From Pseudogymnoascus verrucosus (taxonomy: Eukaryota): a DNA stretch of 64,000 bases. The notes below the pieces were generated by a model. The model did no database searches and had not been told where the DNA came from. It was given only the letters and a program-made list of their open reading frames with translations. Shown here piece after piece: positions 19,801 through 33,655 of the stretch. How positions within the stretch are numbered: the stretch's first letter is position 1; each line of letters starts with the position of its first letter. Both the position numbers and the translations under genes were made by a program. Location of the stretch: NCBI GenBank assembly GCA_001662655.1, contig KV460212.1; one strand, given 5' to 3'.

Positions 19801-22800
19801 CAATATTTTAGCGGCACACTGCGATATAATTCCAAGTGATGGCGAGCAAAGTAAGGACAAAATTGGCGCGTTTCTGGAACAATACAGCTTAGGTATAATG
19901 TCCCATTTCTCAGAACTTGTCAACGATACGCGAGTTTGGCAGTCGCCGAACGAGAAGAAGCGGTCCTTGAGAGGAATAGAGGAATTGGTAAAGGTAGGCA
20001 AGAGTCATACTAGGTCTGCTTTGCCTCAGATTCATGCTTGCTTACAATCGGCTTTATCAAATGACCACCTCCGCACTGCCGCTTTTCAGGCATGGGGGAC
20101 TATGATCAGGAGCTTCGACGATGAAGAAGTTTCAGTCATGCTTGAAACAACCTTTGCCATCATTATTCAGCATTGGCAGTTCTTCGACAGCTCTACACGA
20201 GAGTACGCCCGTAAGCTGATCGAATATCTATTGACCAAGCGCTTTCAAACTCTGGGAGTCAATGCTGATCTTCTCCCGTCTCTTGCTCAAATCCCTGAAC
20301 TGCAGTCGTGCGAGGAACGGCTTGTCAAGATGAGATCAAAACCAGATGTGAAGCAAGAATATCAGATATTCAGCCGGAGAATCAGCCACGAGCATGCCAG
20401 TGTGGTAACTCAAGGCTTGACAGAGCTTGCGAGTTATCTCAAGAAGAATCAGGAATTTCTACAAGCGTCAGCTGTCAGTGAGCAGCCAGAGAAGGTAGTG
20501 GGGGAACTACTCCGAGCAATCCTCGATGCTTGCGTGCAATTCAATGACAGCAACACTGATGTCGCACGGCTCGCAGGTGAATGTTTAGGTATGATCGGCT
20601 GTGTAGATTCGAACAGAGTCGAAACAGTTCGGAAACGGAAAGAAATCGTTGTCCTCAGCAATTTCGATGGCTCAGCTGACACGACTGATTTCGTCCTGTT
20701 CATCCTCCAAGAAGTCCTTGTGAAGGCCTTTGCTTCTGCTACGAACCCAAGAGCTCAAGGATTCTTCTCTTACGCCATGCAAGAATTACTAAGAAGATGC
20801 GATTTTTCCGTGGTAGTTTCTCAATATCGAAGCCATCAGATCAATACAGGCGATGCGGAAAAGCTACATAAGAAGTGGCTTGGTTTGCCTGAAAGCGTTC
20901 AAATGACGCTATCGCCGTTTCTAAGTTCAAAGTATACAGTTACGGCCATGGCAACGAATCCCGTTCAGTACCCGATATTTCAGTCAACCAAGAGCTACAA
21001 CGTCTGGCTTAGGGCATTCGTATTAGATCTACTTCAGAAACCACAGAACGCCAATGCGTCACTTATTTTCGATCCTCTCAGCCGTGTCATCAGGATTCAG
21101 GATACATCAGTTGCCAATTTCCTCCTTCCTTACACTGTTTTGCACAGCGTCGCCCTTGGGTCTGACCAAGACAGGAGCTATATCCTCGGCGAAATTCTGG
21201 CAATATTAGAACACGACACATCAACTGATTCGCACAATGATCTCAATAATGTCAAGCTCTGTAGCGAGGTAACTTCCTTGTCTCTCATTTCCCACGTCAA
21301 CTAACAATCGGTAGGCAATATTCAGGGTGTTGGACTACCTGGCTCGCTGGGCACAAGAGGAAAAAGCGGCTCTCGGCTTGCTGTCGACCAGAACAAATTC
21401 CGACACGGAAGAGAAATCTAGGCGACATCTTAGGCTTCAATTGGTAGCCAAGCTACTCTCTGCTATCCCGGCCCAAATAATATCACGCCGTGCCGTCGAG
21501 TGCAAGTCGTATGCGCGAGCCCTCTTCCATTGGGAAGCACACATACGAAAAGTCAGAAAAAATAACGAGCCGATTCCTAAATCAATGCTTCTGCGCCTCC
21601 AGGATATCTATACTCAAATCGATGAGCCAGATGGTATCGAAGGCATCTCGGCTCATCTTTATGTGCTTGATATTGACCAGCAGGTTCTTGGCCACCGCAA
21701 GGCCGGCCGTTGGACAGCCGCGCAGAGTTGGTACGAAATAAAATTGGCTGAGAATCCCAGCGACACTGAGGCGCAAGTGAACCTGCTTGACTGTATGAAG
21801 GAGTCTGGCCAGTATGATGCTCTATTGAACTACGTTGAAGGCATAGAGCAATCCAGCTCAATTGTATCAAAGATTCTTCCTTTTGCAACAGAAGCATCGT
21901 GGTCAACAAGCCGGTGGAATATGCTGGAAAAGTATGTTGCCAAAGCCCCTGTTGAAATCGCGGGCGATTTCAATGTGAACATTGGCCGCGTCTTACTTGC
22001 ATTTCGTGATCGGGATTTCAATGTCTTCGATGCTGCAATAAAATCACTACGAGAGCATATTGCCGGCTCGTTATCAGCGGATACAACCTCGTCTCTAGGA
22101 TCTTGCCATGATTCCATGTTGCGGCTACACGTGCTGACGGAGCTGGATATGATTGCTCATTCTTCTGACGATGCCTCTCAGCGCCAACAGGTCCTATCAT
22201 CGCTTGACAGACGGCTTGAAGTAGTAGGTGCCTACCTCAATGACAAGCAGTATCTACTTGGCCTGCGTCGAGCCGCAATGCAGCTGTCAAGGAATACATT
22301 CACCGAGGCCAACATAGCCTCCGCATGGCTGACAAGTGCCCGTGTCGCCCGCAAAGGGAACTCCGTTCACCATTCCTTCAATGCGGTCCTTCACGCATCT
22401 AAGCTTGGCGACGACTCTGCTATGATCGAGCATGCTCGGCTGATATGGAGAGAAGGCCATCACCGCAAAGCCATTCAGAGCCTCCAAGGAGCTATCGACA
22501 ACAATGCGTTTATCTCTCATAACCAAGCGCCATCGGAACTGGAAACTGGTCAAGAGGGGAACCGAGACCACCAAAATCTCCTCGCTGCACGTGCACATCT
22601 ACTGTTAGCTAAATGGCAAGATGACGCTGGACAGACACACTCTACCGCGTTGCGTTCGCAGTATCAGTTTGCTGCAAAACTTTCTATGACTTGGGAGAGA
22701 GGCCATTATTACCTTGGCCGGCATTACAACAAATTACTTGAATCAGAGAAAACAATGGCTTCGGACCAGCAAATCGTACCGTATCTCACAGGAGAGATGG

Positions 22801-24554
22801 CAAGACTGGTTATCGAAAACTATCTCCGTTCTTTGAGCTACGGCACCAAGTATGTCTATCAAACCTTACCGCGTATTCTCACGCTCTGGTTAGACCTCGG
22901 GATGCAGATCACACAGCCCGTGGATGCCAAATATGGAACGAAAGAGTTCGCCGCAACTTTGAAAATTAAGCAAAAAGAGCAAATTGCCTCTATTCATCTT
23001 CGGTTTGACAAATATGTCCAAAAGATGCCCGCGTACATTTTCTATACGGCACTGCCACAGATTGTCGCAAGAATCGCCCATCCAAATCAAGAAGTTTATC
23101 AGTATCTACACCAGATTATTGTGAAGGTAGTTTCAACACATCCCCAACAGGCACTGTGGACTCTCCTTGCAGTGACTACATCGACGCAAACCGAGCGAAA
23201 AACCCGCGGCGCAAGCATTCTGCAGACCCTATTCTCAGCGTCGAGGAAATTAAGTCCAGCTGGGGTGGACCTAAAATCAATGATCCAGAAAGGGCAGAAA
23301 CTGTCACAGCAACTACTCGTCGCTTGTACAGCAGGCGACTTTCCTACGAATCGGACAACTTTCGTCAGCATCACGAAACATCTCGGTTTCAACCCAAAAC
23401 AGTGCTGTCCCAGTCCACTCGCCGTCCCTATTGAGAGCGCGCTGACTGCTACGCTGCCTACTCTTGCGGACAGCGTAGGATCACACAAGGCTTTCTCAAG
23501 AGACGTCATTACAATTGATGGGTTTGCAGATGAAGTCATGGTGCTCAGTTCTCTCCAGCGACCTCGAAAGCTGACAACAAGAGGCTCGGATGGAAAGCTA
23601 TATGGGCTGCTTTGCAAGCCAAAGGATGACCTCCGAAAAGATCAGCGCCTTATGGAGTTCAATAGCATGATCAACCGCTCTCTGAAGCGAGATGCAGAAG
23701 CAAGCAAACGCCAACTGTACATAAAGACATATGCAGTAACGCCCCTCAATGAAGAATGCGGCATAATCGAATGGGTAGATGGCCTTAAAACACTCCGCGA
23801 TATTCTTCTCGGGTTCTACAAGTCAATTGGGGTCGCTCCAAATTATACGGAACTCCGAGTTCTTCTCAAAGACGCCAGCGAAAATGATGACAAGCTATTT
23901 CTCTTCAAGGACAAGATACTTGCACAACTACCTCCCGTATTCCATCAGTGGTTCGTCCAGCAGTTTCCTGAGCCTTCATCGTGGTTCACTGCCAGGCTCA
24001 AGTACACACGCTCATGCGCCGTGATGTCAATGGTGGGCACAATCCTAGGTTTGGGTGATCGTCATGGCGAGAACATCCTATTCGAGGAAGGAAACGGCGG
24101 GACCTTTCACGTCGACTTCAATTGCCTCTTCGATAAAGGCCTTACTTTCCAGCAGCCTGAGAGGGTGCCATTCCGGTTAACGCATAATATGGTTGATGCT
24201 ATGGGCGTCTACGGCTATGAGGGGCCCTTCCGCACTTCCTCGGAGATCTCGCTCAGGCTTCTTCGCCAGCACGAAGAGACACTGATGACGATATTGGAAG
24301 CGTTCGTATATGACCCAACGCTCGACTTATTGGAGAACAAGAATAAGAAAAGGAGAGAGCGTGATCCCGCCCTGCAGAAGGTGCCAAATACGCCGCAGGG
24401 TGTTCTAAAGAGCATTCGGAGGAAGATGAGGGGGCTGTTGGAGGGCGATAGTGTTCCGTTAGGGGTGGAGGGACAGGTGGACGAGTTGATCAAGCAAGCT
24501 ACAAGCACGAAGAATTTGGTGGGCATGTATATCGGATGGTGCGCCTTCTTTTAG
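16839..24554 (+). CDS. MEC1: ATR/Mec1/Rad3 PIKK checkpoint kinase; exons 16839-18092, 18144-18412, 18461-19688, 19787-21268, 21315-24554
   Basis: HEAT/UME region, FAT region (SYARALFHWE, IDEPDGIEG), kinase motifs KPKDDLRKDQRLMEF, GLGDRHGENI and HVDFNCLF, and FATC MYIGWCAFF*. Four phase-consistent introns. Confidence 0.96.
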
Positions 24555-24793
24555 GCCTTACGATAGATAATATATTTGAGAATATATAATTACGAGCAGC
24601 ATGGTGGCGAGTTCGTTTTGCGCGCGCGAGGGCGTCATCGTGGACCGCCCGTAAAAAGCCGCGAACTTTACACCTACGTCTTCACTCCAATATGGGCGGT
24701 CACTGCCAAGTTTATCAAGACTCTCACGCTGTTGAGGCAATTTGGATTAACGACTGTATTAATAATAGTGCGGTAAGTTTAGTTACTCATGGC

Positions 24794-27700
24794 CTATAAG
24801 CCTGTCAAACGGTCGATCTCTTCTTTCACCTGAGATGAGCGCCAATCTATGTTCATATCCCGAATGATTCTCCCATCGTTGTCTGTGATACTGAGGTCTG
24901 CTCCTCCTTCCTCAACCAAGATTCGAACTAAGTCTGCCCTTCCTGCAGAAACAGCGTAGGATAAAGGCGTTCGGCCATTTAAAGCCTTCTGGTTCACGTC
25001 AACCAACTGTGTTTGAAGCAATGTGCGGACAGTTTCTTCATTGCCGGGGCTACCCCACATGGCACAGGACAGAGGCGTTCGTCCAGTTTCCTCAGGCCAG
25101 TCGATTCCTTCGGGGTAGTATTTAGCCAACACCTTGATAATTTCGGCATGACTGCTAATGAAACTGCATTTTGGCCTCTCCTGTCGACGCTAGCAAGTTG
25201 CGCACCAGCCTTCCCACCCTTGCAAAGAACTTCTACTACCTTATCGTGTCCATTAAATGCGGCCCATGATAATGGCGACCAACCTTTAGAGTCCCCAGTA
25301 TCAGAGAGCAGTATTCGGACACCTGAGCGTTGCGACTGTATAATAATGCTGACGGCTTCTAGTGCACCCATTTCAGCCGCCCAAGAAAGTACGGTCCGCC
25401 CACTGCGATCGCGCTGAGATATATCGACTCGAGGTTCCGAGACCAAGACTTCTAGCACCGCTAGATCCTGCCCCTGCGGTTTACTTCCAACTGCCCAAAA
25501 GAGTGGCGGAGATCCAGCCCAGTCAGCGATGCTAACGTCGATATCTTCTCTGGAAAGTAGTAATTGAACAATTTGAAGGTGACTAGACCCAACCGCCCAT
25601 GACAACGGCGTGCGTCCATTTTCGTCCCCCCTGTTAACTTGTGGTCGATTTGATTTGTGTAATAGCACTCTTGCTATCTCCAAATGGCCACCAGCACAAA
25701 CCCAGGATAAGGGTGAGCCGCCTTCAAGCGATTTGCCACTTGGAGAAGTCCCATGTTCAAGCAATGCCTTAACGGCATCAATGTGGCCCATTCGACAAGC
25801 CCAAGTTAGTGCGAGTGACTTGTTGGGGTCTTGAAGGGGAGACGAATAGTTTTCCAAAATCTCATTTGTGAGATGAGCGAGGCCAAAGAAAGCTGACACG
25901 AGTAGTGGATCAAGATCCTTTGGTAGTGCCGCGAATTCAACTGATGATAGTCTATATTGACTAGACCAATTTTCAAGGCAGTTTGTACCACGATGTAAAA
26001 ATCGAATTGCCGATATTATAAAACTCTTTGGTATAGATTCGCCTGACATTGAAAGGTGCGAGGTCCAGTAGCGAGCCGAATACTCAAAAAATCTAGGCAC
26101 TTGAGCAGTCTCTGATGACTCTATAGAGTCCACTTGTGACGAGTTGTCATTGAACCGCAGGATGTCCTCTGTAGCCCCTGGAAGTTCTTTGAACGCTAAC
26201 ATGTTCTCATTGATAAGATGCGTCTCGCTAAACTCATCGAGTCCTAGAAATGCAATGCAGACAGTAGCAAGTTCTAGATTTGCTGTACGTTGGTTGACAC
26301 CATATATGTTCCGTAGGTCGGACTTAATCGACTCTAAATTAGCTACGGAACCGGTCGAAAGTCGCAACAGGAACTCTTTGGCAGATTGGTGAGTAAGTTG
26401 GACTTTCGAATCATAAATCCCAACGAACGCCCCCAAGGCAAGTCGTACTGTTCTTTCGATAGCCATGTCACTGTCTTCTTCTACCAATTTCAATGTCCGA
26501 TGGTCTAGGCTGATTGCTAGGGCCAACTGTAACTCCGCCGTCGTCAAAGGCCTCAATGAGGTAACCAAAACCCGAAGAACCTTTGATGCGAGGGTCTGAT
26601 ACTCAATGTCGATATCAGAAAGAATGCAGCAGTACATTCCATCAAGGTCCTTTGGATTTTCGTTGACAATTCGCTCCAAGAATTTCTTGTTCTGTGGGCC
26701 GTGCTTCAAGCGTTGGATCACAAGTCTAACCCAGAGAAAATTTCGCTCGGCTTTTCTCACTATACTTCTTTCCAAGGATTCTCTTGTCTTTGCCGGCCAT
26801 TAAATGTCCCCTGCCAGTCTGTTTAGTTGGTATTTAACTACTAACGGAATATCTCTGTTCTTGATACCGTCTTCATTGTCAAGCGAGATAGACGTTGAAT
26901 ATTGCTGGATTTCTTCCGTAAGGTCGACGCTAGGTCTGCTTGAGATTAAGAATTTAATGCAGTTGTTTTCTGGGTTTAGCCCTTGAGTTAAAAGCTTCCT
27001 TGTCATTGCCAAAATCCTGTCTCTAGAGTCGATCTCGCATTCATCGATTGCATCGATAATGACGACGATGGTGCCAGCCATAGGGTTGAGTGTGATGTCG
27101 CTGAGCGTCTCCCAGAGAGCATTGAGGGACCATTGATTCGACGGAATCTGAGAAAACCTTGTAGTTGCATGTTGTATCAAATCATGACGTTGCTGGAGGA
27201 TCTGGTATAGGAGGCTGCGAAGTATTTCCCTGCCATTCTTTCGGCCAATGTCCTTATCGTCGCAGAAGAACGAGCACATCGTGACATCGCATGGAGCCAT
27301 GGCTGTTTCTATGAGTGGCTTAATGCGGTCGGCCAAAAATGAAGTAAGAATAGATTTTCCGGTTCCCATCCCTCCTGTAATATGCAGTAGGGTTGAGTTT
27401 TTATCAGATATCCATTTGCGGAATGCCATATTCGACAGGATCCATTCGCAAGAACCAGGTGTCCGTGGACGGAGCTGAGCTCTGCATTCTTTCATATCGA
27501 TCATATTAAGCGCACTTAGGCACTCCTGCTCCAGAATATCGAGAGCTAAGAGGCGAAAGAGTCAGCTCTGTTTTAGATTCTTCGAACTTTATGCTTGTAC
27601 TTACGACGAGATTGGCCTTGCTTGTAACTCGCTGCTCCATGTCTTTGGCAAACTTCAACTATTTTCCGATATGCGAAAGTGTGTTCATTATCAAGACGAC

Positions 27701-28851
27701 ACATGTCTCTATGATTGTCGGATAGTGGAATCAAGTCCTCGTTTGGAACGCCAATTCGAGCAGAACTTCGCTCTACAATCTAAAAGAAAACTGTTAATAA
27801 AATTATCAACGTTGATTTTGATATAGGGGTATATAAAAGTAATATAACTAACCTGAGTTTTAAAGGGTGGCATTGCATTCTCTTCATAAAACGAGATGAT
27901 ATCAAGGTCCTTAGTTCGTTCTGTAAACGACGTAGAAATATCTATCAGTTCTTTAGAGCGAGGACGAAGCAGGTGTATAAGATCCTTTCTTATTTTGCCA
28001 AACAAACGGTGAGCCATGGATACATATCCAAAGGCATTTATGACACCGGCGAGTACAGATACGAAGTCGGCATGCTCCGATCCCCTATGAGGAGTACCAA
28101 AAAAGACAATTGCTTTAGTTGACTGTAGTATGTTGAGATATATCGAGTTTTCATGAGAAAGAACTAAAGCCTACTGTCTGTTAGTATTGTTTTATAATTG
28201 AATCAAATGGTAGCATACGTTTTTGCAGACGATCCCTCCAAGGCTGTGGCAGATGAATCTGATCCTGCGTCGTTGATCCTGAATATAGTTAGGTTCTCAG
28301 CTGGCATTTCCGAAGAATGGCAGCTACACACCGTTTCTGACTGTCGCACTAAACTCAGCTCTGATAGTAATTTGAGGGCATAATCTCTAATGCCGGCCTT
28401 TGACTGACTGAATATTGAAGAGTCGTACCCGAAGGTATAAATCCTTGATTTGGGGAGCGAACGTGGCAGAAATTCTCGTAGCCATAATTGGTTTTGCCTA
28501 TTTGTCCACGTAGTGAATGCATTTCCGTTTAAGCCATGCAATGCAATAACATCAACATCAACATCAATAGGCAAATGCGCATCAACAGGCTCATGTAATA
28601 AGCTTGAGTCAAGCCTAGATAGCCCAAGAGGTTGGCTCTTTCCTGTTAAGGCATTATGAGAAGAGGCTGAGGGATCATAGAGCGTGTACGCTAGAATGGT
28701 CAAAAGTTAGCTACGTCCTATTCCATGTACTCTTATTTCGAATCATTAAAAACAGAAACAACAGAATTACCTTGATGTTCTCTAGTACTATGTTTTATGC
28801 TCTGTTTGCCTGCCACGGGTTTGGACTAGCATCTTTGCCACGACTAGACAT
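24794..28851 (-). pseudogene. Disabled fungal NLR: SesB-like alpha/beta hydrolase + NACHT-type NTPase + ankyrin repeats (5' end uncertain)
   Basis: Hydrolase motifs DVIALHGLNG, IYTFGYDS, FICHSLGGIVCK and VFFGTPHRGS. P-loop GGMGTGKS, Walker B VIIDAIDEC, FLISSRP and FLWVRL. Ankyrin repeats with GRTPLSWA-type motifs. Lesions are an in-frame TAA at 26802-26800 and a frameshift near 25150. Confidence 0.88.
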
Positions 28852-28959
28852 GGCGAGGAACTAATTAGAACCAAGTCAGAGAAAGGAACTAACAGCGAAG
28901 AGGGCCGCAGAAAGGGTATGAGGATCGCAGAGGGTCATAGAGGGCGCATCTCGATGTGG

Positions 28960-29396
28960 TAAACTGCAGAATATCCTCTTGATCTAAGAAACTGCAGTAT
29001 GTAGTCTTAATATAGGAAACTGTAGTATGTGGTCTCGATGTAGGAGACTATAGTATATTGTCTTGATATAGGAAACTGTAACACATGGTCTCGGTATAAG
29101 AAACTGTAACACATGGTCTCGGTATAAGAAACTGTAAAACATAGTCTCGGTATAAGAAACTGTAGCATATGGTCTTAGTATAAGAAACTGTAGCATATGG
29201 TCTTAATGTAAGAGACTATAGCTTATGTTTTTAATGTAAGAAACTATAGTAGATAGTCTTAATATAAGAGACTATGGCATATAGTCGTACTATAAGAGAC
29301 CATAGTTTATGTTCTAGACGTGAGAACCTATAATACATGGTCTTATTGTAGGATGCTCTAGCATATGGTCTCAACATGAGGGACTCAAGTATATGG
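28960..29396. repeat. 28-bp minisatellite, ~15 diverged copies
   Basis: The unit AAACTGTAACACATGGTCTCGGTATAAG is exact at 29073-29100 and 29101-29128, and flanking copies are progressively diverged. Confidence 0.9.
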
Positions 29397-29871
29397 CGAG
29401 TGTTTGCAGGACCGGTGAGGAACGGAATACCCGATGAGGAACGGCATATCTACTGACACTTTCATAGATAGTTGTACTCGGCTGGTTGCAGAAGTTACTC
29501 ATATAGGCTTCAATGTCTCAACTCCTGTCTCTAGTTGCCGACGGCAAGAAGAGATTATATTGACTTCATTATCCCGCTTTTACGTGTATTATGAGTATCC
29601 TATAAATAAAGTTTGGTAGGGTGGTTTACCCTTTCAAATTAAACACTGTTATGAGAACCGTACCATGCGAAGCGTCGTACGGTTTAGTGTACACGATGGC
29701 ACGGGTGGCCCTGATTGGCTACAACCCATGAAACTTATGACCATCTGCCTTCCATCGCAACCACGACCGGCGACTTAAACCCCGGGATAATCAGCCGTTT
29801 AATTTTTCTTTGTTGCCATACCACAGCATATCATTTTTTTTTGTCTATTCACATCAAAAACTTCATTTGAG

Positions 29872-30765
29872 ATGGCCAGAGATGAGGAGCTCGCTGAGCT
29901 TGCTCATCCTGATTACTGGAACGAGCGTTATTCTTTAGAGAAAACGATCAAGCAAGGCGAGACACAAGAAGTCCTTGGTTCCTTCGAATGGTTTGGCGAC
30001 TTCGCAAAGCTTCGCGCTTTCTTCGTGAAACATCTCCCGGCTTCTTCATGCGGAAGTCATATTTTGCAACTGGGTTGTGGAAATAGCGTGTGTTTCCCTT
30101 CCACCCCACCCAACAAGACTTTTTATTGGCCCGGACAGAGAAACTCAAACGACTAACATGTGCATCCAACTATAGACCCTGACGGCAGATATCTACAACC
30201 TGGGATACACAAACCAGACCAGTGTTGACTTTTCTCAAGTGGTCATCGATGCTATGCAATCGAAGTATTCGAGCTTAGAAACTCAATGGCGTGTCATGGA
30301 CGTCCGTCAGCTGGAATTGCCAGATGGGTCGGTTGATGTGGCCGTCGACAAAGGGACACTGGATGCCATGATCCACGGTTCGTTATGGGACCCGCCTGAT
30401 GATGTCCGGAGCAATGTAGGCCAGTATGTAGATGAGGTAGAGTCAAAATGTTCCAGTCACCACAGCCAAGTAGCTAATTACAGCAGGTTGCGCGGGTGTT
30501 GAAACCTGGAGGACAGTGGCTCTACATCACATATCGGCAACCACACTTTATGAAACCACTACTCACACGGGAAGGCTCGTGGGATTTATCAGTCGAAGTT
30601 CTAGCTGAAGACGCCGGCGCATTTGAATACTTCGGTTTCATAATGAAGAAGCATCCAAATGTAGACTTAGGTCATGTGACAGCACCGATTATTGGCAAGG
30701 ATAAAGCAACTCTACATGTGGACAGCAGTCCGAAGATACTAGAGATGATACTGGCAAACATATGA
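29872..30765 (+). CDS. Class I SAM-dependent methyltransferase (EEF1AKMT4/ECE2-like); exons 29872-30087, 30176-30436, 30487-30765
   Basis: DYWNERY, FEWF, ILQLGCGNS|TL, VDFSQVVI, MDVRQL, AVDKGTLDA, E|VARVLKPGGQWLYITYRQPHF. Confidence 0.9.
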
Positions 30766-30993
30766 TGATGCGGAGTAGGTGGGGCAACAACTTTTCGCGT
30801 TGTTGGTGCGAAACTGGTATATCATCGTCTTGTGGTCGGCTTTGTTGTCAGGCGTGCTTTTGTAGCCGCTGTAGTGTTGCACACACAACCTTCGATTTGA
30901 AAGCTTAGTCGAATTACTCCCGTCGTTCATTAATGAAGCCAATACATATGATAATGTCTTATATCTATGTACGCTGCCCCATAGCTAAGACTT

Positions 30994-32219
30994 TTAGTCC
31001 TCCCCATTTAAGCTTTCCAAGGCCTTGGCTGTATCCAAAATACTCTGGGGAAAGCCGATCCATTCCTTCCCAGTCGCCTCCACCGCCTTCTGCCCCGAAA
31101 TACGCGATGTGCCAGGAACGTGCGAAATCTCGACAATCCTGCCATTCGCATCCTTCTTGAACAAATAACCCGTCTCAGGGTCGCCGATCGGGATATTCTT
31201 GCGTTCGGGGTACTGCGCGCGCAGGATGTCGGCGATGCCTTGGTTTGGGCCGATGCCACTGCTCGCGATGTACTTCTCGCCGTTTGCGATGGTGTGATTC
31301 TCGTAGGCCCAAAGGTGAACTCGGGAGACGTCGCGGACATCGATCGTGGCGCCCGAACCGTATCTTGTTGGAAGAACACCGGTTAGGCCGGCGAAAATGG
31401 AGTAGAGTGGCTTGAGAGTCTCGTTGAGCTTGGATGGCGATGAGGGGACGAGGACGGGAGGGCCTATGACGATGGAGGGGTGGATGGTGATGATGGAGAA
31501 TGGTGGCTAAGGCGATAATGTTAGTGGTGAACACCTGTAGCAGTTTATAAAATATAAGGGGCCCTACTTTACGAGTGTCTCTGAACTCTTGAACGGCACG
31601 TAGAGCTGCTGCTTTGGACGCCGCATACATTATGCCGCCCCGCTGTGCTTCTGGGATTCCGTCTGCATCTACATTCTTGGCTGCCTCAACAGCCCAGGTG
31701 TTCTCGTCGGCCTCCGTGGTGACATATCCTTCTGGGGACCCCCGGTTCCATAGTGCGGCGACGGACGATGTGATCACTACGGCTTCAAGCTGTGAGCCAG
31801 CCTGCTCCAAAGCAGAAGTGAGGAGGGTGTTTGTGCCGCCGATAGCTGGGACCACAACTGTATCCCACGTATTAAGGGCAAAGTTCACGGGGGAGGCAAC
31901 ATGGAAGATGCCATGGACGCCTGTGACTCAGTCAGTTTATGTCACGTGATATAATTTAAAAGAGTGAATGCTCCCACGAACCCTTGACTGCTGCATCGAA
32001 TGCTTTTGGCGCCGTTATATCAGGGACTTCAAATATTTCGATGCGGTCAGAATATGGAGCGAATGGCCCCGCGAGGAGGGCATGAGTGCTCGCAACAGAG
32101 CGAGAGGTTCCACGGATCGAATAGCCTTGATTCAGTGCGTCGAGGCCAATTTTCGAGCCAATGTAGCCATTAATCCCCGTAATGAGAACGACCTTGCCGT
32201 TGCTTGCTGGGATAGACAT
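30994..32219 (-). CDS. NAD(P)-dependent epimerase/aldehyde reductase (Gre2/Ari1-like extended SDR); exons 32219-31982, 31920-31568, 31506-30994
   Basis: VLITGINGYIG, IFHVASP, VITSSVAA, catalytic YAASK, IHPSIVIGP, IDVRDV. Confidence 0.9.
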
Positions 32220-32794
32220 TGTAACGTTGATATCTAAGGTCACGCGCGGGTAGTGCTTTATTGGGTAATTTGATCGTATGGTGGGATTGTGGTTTACACA
32301 GAACCCAAGGGATGTGGCCGCGTATTATTTATCTTCAGGATTGCTATTATTAATTAATTATACTCAGCAAAAAGTAATCCGAAATTGCCAGCGATTGTAA
32401 TCAAGACTGTTTGTAATCAAACTAGATTGTCTTTTGAGGGAATGTAGTAATGACGTTTCCCGTCGTCCGCCGGTGTTTCCCCGAGCTCCGTCGTCGCATG
32501 TGCGAACAAGCGCCCTGGAGTCTTAACCGCCAGGTCACAACCGCTGGAGAGCCTCCTGGTTTCAACATGTTGGTGTTGGACTCCACACAAGGCTGACTGC
32601 GCCACTAACTGCACCAACCGTTACGCCCATAATGGCTATCTTGTTGTATTTTAGGCTCCAGCCATGTCAACGCGCGGTAACAGACTTTCAGGTTTCATAC
32701 CGTCTTCATCTTATAGGCTGAGTATCCAACGGGCAAGGCATGTCTGTTTGGTAGCTAAGTTACAACACTCCCTTCTCAGGTCCTGTAATTAGCC

Positions 32795-33370
32795 TGGTCA
32801 CTGTTCTCGGCTCATTGCTTGTTGGATTCTCGTTGCAAAGATTTGGGTATATATTCCAGGTAAATCATCCTGTAAAATAGTTTCCGTATCACACTCAGCC
32901 TCCTTGTCCTCAATTATCATATAATCATATCTGTCAGCTTCTACGTTGTCTGTCACCTGTTCACAAAGACCCTGTTCTCTCTAAATTTGCATAGCAACGG
33001 AGATAAAATAAGAATAGTAAGGATCTTTTATCAAAATAATCATATAACAGAGGCCTAACGAGAAGCTCGAACGAATATCGCGATGGCAGCCACGGATAAG
33101 ATAACATCCGGCTTACTATCATGGTTTTCACTGGTCAGCCCGCAGACTATATGAAATTTCGACACGTGGGCATTGAGTGTTTCTTTGTTGGACAGTCTTA
33201 TCGCAGGTTCTTCCATTCGAAGGGGGAGAAACGGCCAGATATACACTTGAGGAGAGGCCACACTACAATGGCGCAACAAGCCTTCGGTCTGCAAAATCGG
33301 TCAGAGTTGGGCAGCTCCAGACACAAATGACCAGAGCAGAGGTTTAGACACTCATGTTTGGCGTAGAACC
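32795..33370 (-). pseudogene. Possible decayed spliced gene fragment with a C2H2-like remnant
   Basis: Acceptor-like CTGAC..CAG near 33370. A frameshifted ..NGRTCDK/SNKETLNAHVSKFH segment, a GTAAGC donor near 33116, and a final acidic exon-like stretch (EQVTDNVEADRYDYMIIEDKEAECD...QQAMSREQ*). Internal stops are present. Confidence 0.3.
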
Positions 33371-33655
33371 TGACAATATGGATGGAGAGCAATGTCAGGC
33401 TTGGGTTGGGAGAGTTTTAATGATACTTGCGGACCGGGGCCTTCTCACAGCGAGCGAGGCAGACATTGCTATAGATGGAATGGTTGAAGCAATCGCTGAG
33501 GCTAGAGATGAGGATCAGGCGGAGTGATTGTATTTACAAACGAGTATTTTTCCTTTCTTGCAATTCGGACGGATTAAATTATCTGACACTCATTTGTATG
33601 TCGATTTCTCATTTATGCTCATTTTATTCTGTTCATATTCCTAAAACTACTCGCA

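Noticed and set aside
26800..26802. A-to-I restorative editing of the NLR stop codon
   Set aside because: TAA would need two edits, and the gene also carries a frameshift.
28960..29396. CRISPR-like periodic array
   Set aside because: The units are head-to-tail with no unique spacers, the context is eukaryotic, and there are no cas genes.
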